A stretch of DNA of 25,671 bases, from contig CAYJTN010000002.1 in NCBI GenBank assembly GCA_964373235.1, positions 3,510 to 29,180 of the forward strand, read 5' to 3'. The stretch is from an uncultured Candidatus Saccharibacteria bacterium (lineage in GTDB: Bacteria; Patescibacteriota; Minisyncoccia; JACQLN01). Below, one piece after another: positions 7,665 to 15,289 of this stretch. Numbering within the stretch: position 1 is the stretch's first letter; every line of letters begins with the position of its first letter. The notes below the pieces were generated by a model. That model was not told the origin of the DNA. It was given only the letters and a program-made list of their open reading frames with translations, and ran no database searches. The translations under genes and the position numbers were made by a program.

Positions 7665-8645
7665 TCACTTTCTGGTCAAAACTTTTCTAACCGCTTTTTT
7701 AATAGATTCCACGCCCATCCCATATTTTTCTATAAGCTCTTCTGGTTTACCAGATTCGCCGAAACTATCGTCCACCCCAACAAATTCCATCGGCACTGGC
7801 ATTTCTTTAGCTAAAAGTTCAGCCGTGGCACTGCCTAGACCTCCGCTGACTTGATGCTCCTCCACGCTTACTACCGCTTTTGTTTCGTAGGCATATTTTA
7901 AAATTGTGTCTTTGTCTAAAGGTTTTACAGTATGAACATTTACCACCGCCACCGATATTCTTTCCTGTTCAAGATCCAAAGCCGCTTTGATCGCATTGTA
8001 TATAAGCGGCCCGCCAGCAAAAATAACCACGTCTTGGCCATCTTTAAAAACTTGGGCCCGGCCAATTTTAAATGGTGTATAACCAGTTGTTATGATTGGA
8101 GATTTTTCACGAGAAAAACGCAAATAAACTGGACCGACTATTTCGGCGGCCGCTATAGTAGCTTTTTTAGCTTCTTCATAATCGCATGGCACAATCACTG
8201 TCATATTTGGCATCATTCGCGTAAGCCCAATATCTTCTAAAGCCTGGTGTGTGGCGCCATCGGGGCCGACCGATATGCCGGCATGGGCGCCGGCGATTTT
8301 TACATTGGCTTCATTGTAAGCAATGGTGGTTCTGATTTGTTCGTTATTTCGGCCCGGGCTAAACGTGGCATAAGAAGACACAAACGGAATTTTTCCGGCG
8401 AGCGACATACCCGCCGCCACCGAGGCCATATTTTGTTCGGCCACGCCAACTTCTATAAATCTTTCAGGAAACTTTTTTTGAAAAGCCAGCGAACGGGTGG
8501 ATTCGGTCAGATCGGCGCATAACACCACCACATTTTTATTTTTTTCGCCGGCCAAAATCAAACCCTCGCCATAGCCATCGCGGGTGGCTTTCATTTCTGG
8601 CTTTAAAATGTCTTTTACTAAATAACTACTTGGATTCATACTCAT
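7665..8645 (-). CDS. tkt: Transketolase, C-terminal (pyrimidine-binding plus C-terminal) subunit
   Basis: ADLTEST, EVGVAEQNM, GPDGATHQALEDI, EEHQVSGGLGS. Confidence 0.95.
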   Translation of the reverse strand: MSMNPSSYLVKDILKPEMKATRDGYGEGLILAGEKNKNVVVLCADLTESTRSLAFQKKFPERFIEVGVAEQNMASVAAGMSLAGKIPFVSSYATFSPGRNNEQIRTTIAYNEANVKIAGAHAGISVGPDGATHQALEDIGLTRMMPNMTVIVPCDYEEAKKATIAAAEIVGPVYLRFSREKSPIITTGYTPFKIGRAQVFKDGQDVVIFAGGPLIYNAIKAALDLEQERISVAVVNVHTVKPLDKDTILKYAYETKAVVSVEEHQVSGGLGSATAELLAKEMPVPMEFVGVDDSFGESGKPEELIEKYGMGVESIKKAVRKVLTRK

Positions 8646-8662
8646 AAAATCTAGCGGAGGTT

Positions 8663-8753
8663 AAGAAAAATATTATCCCGAGCAACATCACGGAGAAGAC
8701 TATTTTATAAATAAAGAGGCTCCGTGTCGCTTGCGAGGGATAATATTTTTCTT
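8663..8753. repeat. About 90-bp long-stem palindromic element, family C, copy 1
   Basis: Perfect 17-bp terminal inverted repeat aagaaaaatattatccc (8663-79/8737-53); inner cacggag/ctccgtg stem. Confidence 0.85.
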
Positions 8754-8759
8754 CCAAAC

Positions 8760-9623
8760 TTAATCTATATGCCCCGCTTCTATTTGCCCCTGCAAAGTTC
8801 TTAATTCTCTCAAAGCAATATCTGCTTCTTCTTTATTAGGTGGTTTGCCATGCCACTCAAATTTATGTTCCATAAAATCTACGCCCTTGCCGGGAATTGT
8901 TCGCGCGATAATTACCGTGGGCTTTTCAAAAATAGATTCAGCTTTAGCGCAAGCCTCCGCAAATTCGCGCATATTATGCCCATCAATTTCTAAAACATGC
9001 CAATTAAACGATTCGTATTTATTTTTTAAATCATCCAAAGGCATAATGTCTTCGGTAAAACCGTCTATTTGAATATTATTTCTATCTACTATGCCGGTTA
9101 AATTATTTAATTTATATTTGGCCGCCAACATCACCGCTTCCCAAGTTTGGCCGGCATCGTGTTCGCCATCCGACATGGCGCAATAAACTCGGTTTGATAA
9201 ACCATCCATTTTAAAAGCTAGTGCAATTCCAGATGCTTGCGATAAACCTGATCCCAACGGACCAGATGTTGTTTCTAAACCAGGCATAGACAAGCGATGA
9301 GGATGACCCTGCAAACGCGATCCAAGCTGGCGCAAAGTTTTCAATTCCTCTATGGGAAAATAACCGGCGTGAGCCATGGCTACATATCTAACTGGGCAGA
9401 TATGGCCGTTGGATAAAATTAAACGATCCCGCCCGGGCCATTCGGGGTGTTTGGGGTCGTGTTTTAAAATATGAAAATATAAAGCCGTAAAAATATCGGC
9501 CATGCCTAACGGCCCAGCTGAATGCCCCGAACCAGCTTCCACCAACATAGCAATGATGTCTTGGCGTATTTGATTAGCCCTAAGCTCCAGCTGTTTTAAT
9601 TTAGTTTCGTGAAGCGCTTCCAC
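8760..9623 (-). CDS. tkt: Transketolase, N-terminal (TPP-binding) subunit; GTG start
   Basis: GSGHSAG, DRLILSNGH, LQGHP, GPLGSGL, SDGEHDAGQTWEA (GDG-like TPP motif), TIPGKG. Confidence 0.95.
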   Translation of the reverse strand: MEALHETKLKQLELRANQIRQDIIAMLVEAGSGHSAGPLGMADIFTALYFHILKHDPKHPEWPGRDRLILSNGHICPVRYVAMAHAGYFPIEELKTLRQLGSRLQGHPHRLSMPGLETTSGPLGSGLSQASGIALAFKMDGLSNRVYCAMSDGEHDAGQTWEAVMLAAKYKLNNLTGIVDRNNIQIDGFTEDIMPLDDLKNKYESFNWHVLEIDGHNMREFAEACAKAESIFEKPTVIIARTIPGKGVDFMEHKFEWHGKPPNKEEADIALRELRTLQGQIEAGHID

Positions 9624-9651
9624 ACCCTAATTTTAACAAAATATAAACAAA

Positions 9652-9678
9652 AAAAGGAGGACCCAACGAGTCCTCTTT
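9652..9678 (-). terminator. Probable intrinsic terminator after rpe
   Basis: ggaggac/gtcctct stem followed on the minus strand by a T-run. Confidence 0.5.
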
Positions 9679-9723
9679 AATCACACACAGCAATATCACA
9701 TCCTACATGCCCTTCTTTAAGGG

Positions 9724-10359
9724 TTATTTTAAGCTATTTTCTAAATCTATTATTGTTTGCCTTGCATCCGCACTTTCAAATATAGCCGAACCAACTACGG
9801 CGGAATCTACCCCTAGTTCTTTTAGTTTAGAAATATTTTCCAAATTAATTCCCCCATCAACTTCTATATTCACATTCGGCATTACCTGTTTTAAGGTTTT
9901 TATTTTTTCTAAAACCGACTCGTTAAATTCTTGGCCTTGGTAACCAGCGTTAACGCTTAAAAATAAAATTCTGCCCGCTTGTTGAATTATATCGGCATAC
10001 GGCGCCCACAGAGTCTCAACATTAAAACTTAAAACCAGTTCACTATTTTTATCAAACACCGAGTGTTTGATAATTTCTAAATTGTTACTTAAAGATTCCA
10101 CTGGCACAATTATTCGACTGATAGAACCAACTGACCATTTTTTTATTTCCGTAACTGGATCGGCCACCATCAAATGCACCTCTATTTTAGATTTTAATTC
10201 CAAACCCAAAAGATCGCTGGGGTTGTCCCAAGTTTTCACCGGCGTAAAAATTCCATCCGAAACATCCAGTTGGATATATTCGGTTAAACCATCCACCAAC
10301 TTTAATTTCTTTTCTACTTCTGGCCAGTCTTTTTCTAATATTGCAGGAATAATTTGCAT
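9724..10359 (-). CDS. rpe: Ribulose-phosphate 3-epimerase
   Basis: IIPAIL, LDVSDG.F, EVHLMV, SVNAGYQGQEF, EVDGGIN, VVGSAIF. Confidence 0.92.
   Translation of the reverse strand: MQIIPAILEKDWPEVEKKLKLVDGLTEYIQLDVSDGIFTPVKTWDNPSDLLGLELKSKIEVHLMVADPVTEIKKWSVGSISRIIVPVESLSNNLEIIKHSVFDKNSELVLSFNVETLWAPYADIIQQAGRILFLSVNAGYQGQEFNESVLEKIKTLKQVMPNVNIEVDGGINLENISKLKELGVDSAVVGSAIFESADARQTIIDLENSLK
10049..10073. repeat. Family-A-like hairpin inside the rpe coding sequence
   Basis: ttatcaaacac-CGA-gtgtttgataa, perfect 11-bp stem sharing the TCAAACA/TGTTTGA core; encodes part of IIKHSVFDK. Confidence 0.65.
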
Positions 10360-10379
10360 AAAATTTAACAGCTAACTTA

Positions 10380-10554
10380 AGAAAACATTGTTCCGAGCAG
10401 CATCCCGCCAAAGGCGGGCAGGTATGGAGAAGACCCCTTTCCTTCCCCCTTTCTCCCTTTACACCCTCTTCATATACTCCATGTCGTCCTTCAAATTATT
10501 CAGGACGACCCTGAACAAGGTTGAATGGGTCGCCTGCGAGGAATAATGTTTTCT
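10380..10554. repeat. Family C element, copy 2, carrying two nested hairpin insertions
   Basis: 14/15-bp terminal inverted repeat; aligns to copy 1 once 10405-10423 and 10487-10532 are removed. Confidence 0.8.
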
Positions 10555-10561
10555 GCAAAAA

Positions 10562-11017
10562 TTACTTAAAATGTTCTTTCTCAAATTTTTCTATTTTTTC
10601 TATCCTCCTTTGATACTTCTCGCCACCATTAAATTTAGAACTTAACCAAACTTTTAAAATTCTCTCGGCTAAACTAAAATCGGTTTGATCCGAGGCTAAG
10701 GCTAAAATATTTAAATCATCGTTTTCTCGGCCATGTTTAGCCAACCACTCCGTGACAGCGAGACCCGCCCGAACACCTTTGATTTTATTGGCCGCCACCA
10801 CCATACCCAAACCAGAACCGCAAACCATAACACCAAAATTCTCTGTAGGACTCTCGGCTACTTTTTGACCAACTTTAAAAGCAAAATCCGGATAATCATC
10901 CTCCGGATCAAATTTATGATTGCCTACATCTTTAAAAGGAATTTTAGCGGCAGACAGATAACCTTTAAGATACTCTTTTAAATTGTAGCCACGATGATCC
11001 GAGCCTATATATATCAT
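10562..11017 (-). CDS. rpiB: Ribose-5-phosphate isomerase B (RpiB/LacAB family)
   Basis: IYIGSDHRG, DYPDFA, VCGSGLGM..AANKIKGVRA, ENDDLNILAL. Confidence 0.95.
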   Translation of the reverse strand: MIYIGSDHRGYNLKEYLKGYLSAAKIPFKDVGNHKFDPEDDYPDFAFKVGQKVAESPTENFGVMVCGSGLGMVVAANKIKGVRAGLAVTEWLAKHGRENDDLNILALASDQTDFSLAERILKVWLSSKFNGGEKYQRRIEKIEKFEKEHFK

Positions 11018-11113
11018 TATTTTATTTTATCACAAATTTATCTAGTTCATTAGAATCTATTAAGCTATATCTAAAACCAAACTAAACTAAACCTACAACA
11101 CCTACAACAAAAA

Positions 11114-11159
11114 CCACATGTTAACAACCACTGTCCGATCGAGCAATGAGTGTTAACAT
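11114..11159. repeat. 46-bp palindromic-ended direct repeat, copy downstream of the PaaX/Cas2-like gene
   Basis: ccacatgttaacaaccactgtccgatcgagcaatgagtgttaacat; 11-bp inverted arms at 11116-26/11151-61. Confidence 0.92.
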
Positions 11160-11175
11160 GTAAAACAGATAAAAA

Positions 11176-11706
11176 TCATGCTATTTCTAAGGTGCCACTT
11201 TTATTGATGCTGACAATTTGAACTTTATCTTTAAGTTTTAGATAATCTAAAGATTTTATAAATTTTTCTGGCAAAGGACGGTAGCCCATCCAAACACTTT
11301 TTTGCAACTGTCTAAAACCGCAAGCTATAAGCTGAACTCGCACTAATCTTCTTTTCCCACTTTCTGTTTCGGGTATATCAAACATAACCAATCTGGTAAT
11401 ACCATCCTCCTTCGGCAAGCTTGATTCCACTACATCTTTTACAGAATCTTTTCCTTTGTTCGTAATAAGCCACAAGGATTTTCCCTGTAATCCAGTTTTA
11501 GCAACCAAGCCTTGTTTTTTTAAACGGGAAAGTATAGCTGAAAATGTTCTGGGAGAAAATTCATGGCCAGTTGGCAAACCCAAAACTTGCCGCCACATTC
11601 TGCCTTCGGCGCGATTGCGAGGTAAAACCGCCTCAAGAGTTAGTTCACCAGCCTCTTGGAATTTTTCTAAAATTAGATGGGTTAGAGAAATCTTACTTTC
11701 CGCCAT
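11176..11706 (-). CDS. PaaX-like protein: winged-HTH plus Cas2-like (PaaX central) domain
   Basis: wHTH-like segment TFSAILSRLKKQGLVAKTG...WLITNKG; Cas2/PaaX-like LVMFDIPE..RR..R..L..CGFRQLQKSVW. Confidence 0.85.
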   Translation of the reverse strand: MAESKISLTHLILEKFQEAGELTLEAVLPRNRAEGRMWRQVLGLPTGHEFSPRTFSAILSRLKKQGLVAKTGLQGKSLWLITNKGKDSVKDVVESSLPKEDGITRLVMFDIPETESGKRRLVRVQLIACGFRQLQKSVWMGYRPLPEKFIKSLDYLKLKDKVQIVSINKSGTLEIA

Positions 11707-11741
11707 AAAACAAATTTAAAAAACTCAATCACAATTTATAC

Positions 11742-11787
11742 CCACATGTTAACACCTAGTGTCCGATCGAGCAATGAGTGTTAACAT
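11742..11787. repeat. 46-bp palindromic-ended direct repeat, copy upstream of the PaaX/Cas2-like gene
   Basis: ccacatgttaacacctagtgtccgatcgagcaatgagtgttaacat; 43/46 identical to 11114-11159. Confidence 0.92.
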
Positions 11788-11828
11788 CTCTGGTTGATTA
11801 GGTTAGAAATGGGAAAACTTATCACCCC

Positions 11829-11857
11829 TTGCATTCAAAATTGTCTTGGTATATAAT
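11829..11857 (+). promoter_or_regulatory. sigma70-type promoter TTGCAT-17bp-TATAAT
   Basis: -35 at 11829-34, -10 at 11852-57, exact 17-bp spacer. Confidence 0.75.
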
Positions 11858-11863
11858 GTGGAA

Positions 11864-11941
11864 ATAGTTGGCTTCGGCCTCACCCCCGCAAGGGGGAGAA
11901 TGTGAAAAGCCGCTTAGAGTATGTCTCTGGCGGCTTTTCTT
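11864..11941 (+). ncRNA. Candidate small structured RNA of about 75-80 nt (family not recognised)
   Basis: Lies between the promoter and a terminator and contains no ORF; GGC-UUCG-GCC and CCCCC-GCAA-GGGGG tetraloop hairpins. Confidence 0.5.
11905..11938. terminator. Bidirectional intrinsic terminator
   Basis: aaaagccgc...gcggctttt 9-bp stem extended by agag/ctct. Confidence 0.75.
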
Positions 11942-12091
11942 ATGCTCAAAAAAATCTTTTTTTCAATAAATCCAATTTTCTCCACAAGACGGCGTGTATC
12001 CACGATTCGTAACTGGGACAGATTGGCCCTGGCTGGATAACCTCCAACTATGCCAACAGAAACTCTAAGAGGATGTTCGCGTTTGGTTGGA

Positions 12092-12376
12092 TTACATAAA
12101 CTCGCGAGCTAAATCATTTAGCCTTTTCGATTTCATGAATAGCGAACTAAAAAATGAAAGAAAAAACAAGGCGCCCCATATCATACCTATACGGATGACC
12201 AGCGATTCCCAAAAAGACGGAAGGGAAGACACTACTGCCAAACACACAACAAATACAACACACAAAAGAACCATACGGAATACGATAATTGCCTTTTTCT
12301 CAAACCATTCATATATCTTGATGGCCATAAAAAAAGGCTTCATGATGCAGAGCATAAATACTTCGATGGTCTTCAT
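12092..12376 (-). CDS. Small hypothetical membrane protein (94 aa, two predicted TM helices)
   Basis: Two hydrophobic stretches; strong SD GAGGAGG upstream. Confidence 0.65.
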   Translation of the reverse strand: MKTIEVFMLCIMKPFFMAIKIYEWFEKKAIIVFRMVLLCVVFVVCLAVVSSLPSFWESLVIRIGMIWGALFFLSFFSSLFMKSKRLNDLAREFM

Positions 12377-12494
12377 TTTTCGCCTCCTCTCTTAAGTCTT
12401 AAGCAAGTTTATAATGAACTCTCCTTTTCTGATGCCTATATCATAGCATGCATATAGCCATATATGTTGTCAATAGCTTGGCTAAAACCGCCTA

Positions 12495-12518
12495 AAAATG
12501 GCTTATCTAAGCCGTTTT
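12495..12518 (-). terminator. Probable terminator after gap
   Basis: aaaatggctt-atct-aagccgtttt hairpin. Confidence 0.5.
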
Positions 12519-12537
12519 ATTAGAAATTGCCAACTAG

Positions 12538-13542
12538 TTATAGCAAGCCCTTCAAATTCAGAATATGCTTTAAAAGCGAGGCGCAGTAGCCCCATTCGTT
12601 GTCGTACCAAGCCATAACTTTAACCATGTCACTGCCTACGACTCTGGTATGGGTTAAATCGGCTATGGAAGAATGTGGGTTTTTAATGATGTCGGAAGAT
12701 ACTAACGGCTCTTCGCTAACTGTAAAAATTCCTTGCCATCTGGGGTGCTTAGCCGCTTGGCGCAAAATATTATTAACCTCATCCACATCGGTTTTACGGC
12801 TAGCTAAAAAAGTAAGGTCGGCAATGGAACCGGTAAGCACCGGCACCCGTAAAGCCACCGCTTCAAAAATATCTTTAAGCCAAGGTTGTGAACGTATAAC
12901 TGCATCGGCCGCGCCGGTGTGCGAGGGTATAATGTTTTGCGCGGCCGAGCGGCCTCGCAAAAAATCTTTTTGGGCCGGCCCGTCCACCAAGCCCTGCGAA
13001 GCAGTATAAGCATGCACCGTGTTGAGCATGGCTTTTTTTACGCCAAGCGCTTCTTGCAAAATGTTTAACATGGGCACAGCGGCATTGGTGGTGCACGAAG
13101 CGTCTGAAGTTATTTTAGCTAAACTTTTTTTAAACTGTTCGCTATTGGACCCCGGCAAAACATGGGGTGTTGCCGGATCGGCCGGCGCGGTTATCACCAC
13201 TCTTTTGGCACCAGCGTTTAAATGCGCCTCGGCTTTTTGGTATGAAGTAAATACCCCGCTGGATTCCACCACCACGTCTATATTTAAATCCCGCCAGGGC
13301 AGTTTAGCCGGATCTTTTTCGCTGTAAACAAAAATATTATGGCTATCCACCACCAATTGCCCGCGCCGAAACTCCACCGGTTTTTCGTATTCGCCGTAAA
13401 CCGTATCGCGACGCAAAAGATAAGCCAAGTTTTCCACTTCACCCAGATCGTTAACCGCTACAATATCTATATCGGCTTGACCCAAAGCCTGGCGAAAAAA
13501 GATTCGCCCAATCCGGCCAAAGCCGTTGATGGCAATTCTCAT
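12538..13542 (-). CDS. gap: Type I glyceraldehyde-3-phosphate dehydrogenase
   Basis: IAINGFGRIGR, ASCTTN (catalytic Cys), VHAYTASQ, LRVPV, WYDNEWGY. Confidence 0.97.
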   Translation of the reverse strand: MRIAINGFGRIGRIFFRQALGQADIDIVAVNDLGEVENLAYLLRRDTVYGEYEKPVEFRRGQLVVDSHNIFVYSEKDPAKLPWRDLNIDVVVESSGVFTSYQKAEAHLNAGAKRVVITAPADPATPHVLPGSNSEQFKKSLAKITSDASCTTNAAVPMLNILQEALGVKKAMLNTVHAYTASQGLVDGPAQKDFLRGRSAAQNIIPSHTGAADAVIRSQPWLKDIFEAVALRVPVLTGSIADLTFLASRKTDVDEVNNILRQAAKHPRWQGIFTVSEEPLVSSDIIKNPHSSIADLTHTRVVGSDMVKVMAWYDNEWGYCASLLKHILNLKGLL

Positions 13543-13561
13543 GCTTCAATTATATAACAAC

Positions 13562-13686
13562 CGACACTAATTACGAACGGACACGAATTTACTAAATTGG
13601 TGTCATTCAAGTGCATTCGCTCGCCTCGCTGCCCGCCTCGCCGAGTCTAGGCGGGGAGCTTGGGCGAAGCGGGCGTATTGATGTCG
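13562..13686. repeat. ACGAA/TTCGT imperfect palindrome containing two nested GC-rich hairpins
   Basis: Outer cgacactaattacgaa versus ttcg|tattgatgtcg; middle cgctcgcctcgc/gcgaagcgggcg (13618-29/13664-75); inner cccgcct/aggcggg (13632-38/13649-55). Confidence 0.65.
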
Positions 13687-13687
13687 C

Positions 13688-14608
13688 TTAATGATTGCGG
13701 TTTAGATAATCAACAGCCGATAGTAACGCCGTGACCCCCTGCCCGGCGGCAATAACGATTTGTTTATAAGGAATATTGGTTACATCCCCCGCGGCCAAAA
13801 GGCCGGGCATGTTTGTTTCACCGCGCAAGTTGACTTTGATCTGTTTAACCTCGTCCAATTCCACGTCGGGCACAAAACCGCTGTTGGGAATTTGGCCAAT
13901 ATGCACAAAAATACCCTTGACATCCAGTTTATGAATCGCGCCCGACTTGTCTTTGTATTCCAAACCAGAAACAAATTTATCGCCTAAAATGGCTAGAGTC
14001 ATAGCTTCGTAGATTATTTCTATTTTTGAATTTTGGGCAACTTTATCTATTAAAACCTGCTCACCCTTAAACCGCGGATTTTTATTAATAAGATAAATCT
14101 GGCTCGCGATATCAGCCAGCATCAAAGCCGATTCCAAAGCCGAATTGCCGCCACCGATAGTGGCCACCGTTTGGCCGGAAAAAAGCGGGCCATCACAAAC
14201 GGTGCAGTAAGATACGCCTTTGTTTCTGAATTCTTTTTCTCCGGGTATGCCCAACTCCCGCGAGTGGACTCCAGTGGCCACCAAAACCGATTTAGCTTTT
14301 TCTTCAAATCCGGAACCATCCGGATTTTTGCCCGAAACTATAAAAATATTATCTTCTTTCTTAACTTGGCTGACCCACTTGCCTTCCTCAATAATTACTT
14401 TATTAGCCAAAGCCTGCGCCTTAAACTGACCAGCGAGTTCAATGCCATCGGTATGGATAACACCCGGCCAGTTTTCTATTTCGCCGGAAGTAGCCACCTC
14501 ACCGCCAATATCGGCGCTGATTATTTTAAAATTCAAACGGCGCCGGGCGGCGTAAATGGAAGCGGAAATACCGGCCGCCGAAGCGCCAACAATAATTAAG
14601 TCAAACAT
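13688..14608 (-). CDS. trxB: Thioredoxin reductase (TrxB/AhpF-like FAD-dependent disulfide reductase)
   Basis: IIVGASAAG (FAD), SYCTVCDG (CxxC), IGGGNSALE (NADPH), AAGDV. Confidence 0.9.
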   Translation of the reverse strand: MFDLIIVGASAAGISASIYAARRRLNFKIISADIGGEVATSGEIENWPGVIHTDGIELAGQFKAQALANKVIIEEGKWVSQVKKEDNIFIVSGKNPDGSGFEEKAKSVLVATGVHSRELGIPGEKEFRNKGVSYCTVCDGPLFSGQTVATIGGGNSALESALMLADIASQIYLINKNPRFKGEQVLIDKVAQNSKIEIIYEAMTLAILGDKFVSGLEYKDKSGAIHKLDVKGIFVHIGQIPNSGFVPDVELDEVKQIKVNLRGETNMPGLLAAGDVTNIPYKQIVIAAGQGVTALLSAVDYLNRNH

Positions 14609-14610
14609 AT

Positions 14611-15018
14611 TTATTTTCCCAGCAGAGTTTTTACTCTCGCGACTATTTCATCCAAAACAAAATGGGCTTTGACCATATAATCGGCCGCGCCCAAAGCCAT
14701 GGCCCGTTCAATATGTTCCTTCTCGCCTAAATTGCTTAACACTATTACCGGAATATCTTTAGTTTTAGCGTCAGCTTTGATTTCCTGAAGCAATTGAAAA
14801 CCATCGGTGCCGGGCATCATTAAATCCAACAAAATAAGGCCGGGTATTTGTTTTTTTAAACTTTCATGCGCCTCCGCGCCGTTGGTGGCCTCAACCGCGT
14901 TCAGATCATCCTTATGCAGTTTTTCCATAAGCAGTCTTCTTAAAAAAGCGTCATCTTCCACCACTAAAACCAAGGCGCCCGGCGACGAGGAAACATTTTG
15001 TTGTTCTATTTCTGGCAT
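14611..15018 (-). CDS. Single-domain response regulator (CheY-like receiver)
   Basis: VVEDD, LILLDLMMP (phospho-Asp), IVLSN, GAADYMVK. Confidence 0.93.
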   Translation of the reverse strand: MPEIEQQNVSSSPGALVLVVEDDAFLRRLLMEKLHKDDLNAVEATNGAEAHESLKKQIPGLILLDLMMPGTDGFQLLQEIKADAKTKDIPVIVLSNLGEKEHIERAMALGAADYMVKAHFVLDEIVARVKTLLGK

Positions 15019-15019
15019 A

Positions 15020-15271
15020 CCCAGTCAACTCTACTTCAAAAGGCAAAAGTTTTGCCCAGTAACTCAATTAGCTTGAGTTGACTGGGTTTGCGTCTGCTTT
15101 TTGAAATTCTTTAATCTTTTTGATAAAAATCTTCGACCAATAGTACTCTTAAAATAACTTTCTCTATTTTCTGCGTCTTAGATCGTTAGTGTAACCCATA
15201 TAGAACTTACCATCTTTTAAGCTTAGTAACACCTATGTATAGAAGAACATGTTTGAAGTAGTGTTACTGGG
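15020..15271. mobile_element. Decayed element with imperfect terminal inverted repeats enclosing a GIY-YIG relic
   Basis: cccagtcaactctacttcaaa (15020-40) versus the reverse complement of tttgaagtagtgttactggg (15252-71): one gap and one mismatch; internal hairpin at 15055-15086. Confidence 0.55.
15064..15250 (-). pseudogene. GIY-YIG nuclease pseudogene (small UPF0213-like type)
   Basis: MFFYT*VLLSLKDGKFYMGYTNDLRRR, then in another frame NRESYFKSTIGRRFLSKRL; in-frame TAG, frameshift and missing middle segment. Confidence 0.8.
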
Positions 15272-15289
15272 CATATTTTTATTTATTGC

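Noticed and set aside
11065-11113. Short tandem units (aaact, cctacaaca) next to the PaaX repeat
   Set aside because: Low-complexity, only two or three units each; no evidence of function.
11114-11787. CRISPR array or cas locus, suggested by the Cas2-like domain and direct repeats
   Set aside because: Only two repeats, separated by a whole gene of about 580 nt rather than spacers; no cas1 or effector genes in the window.
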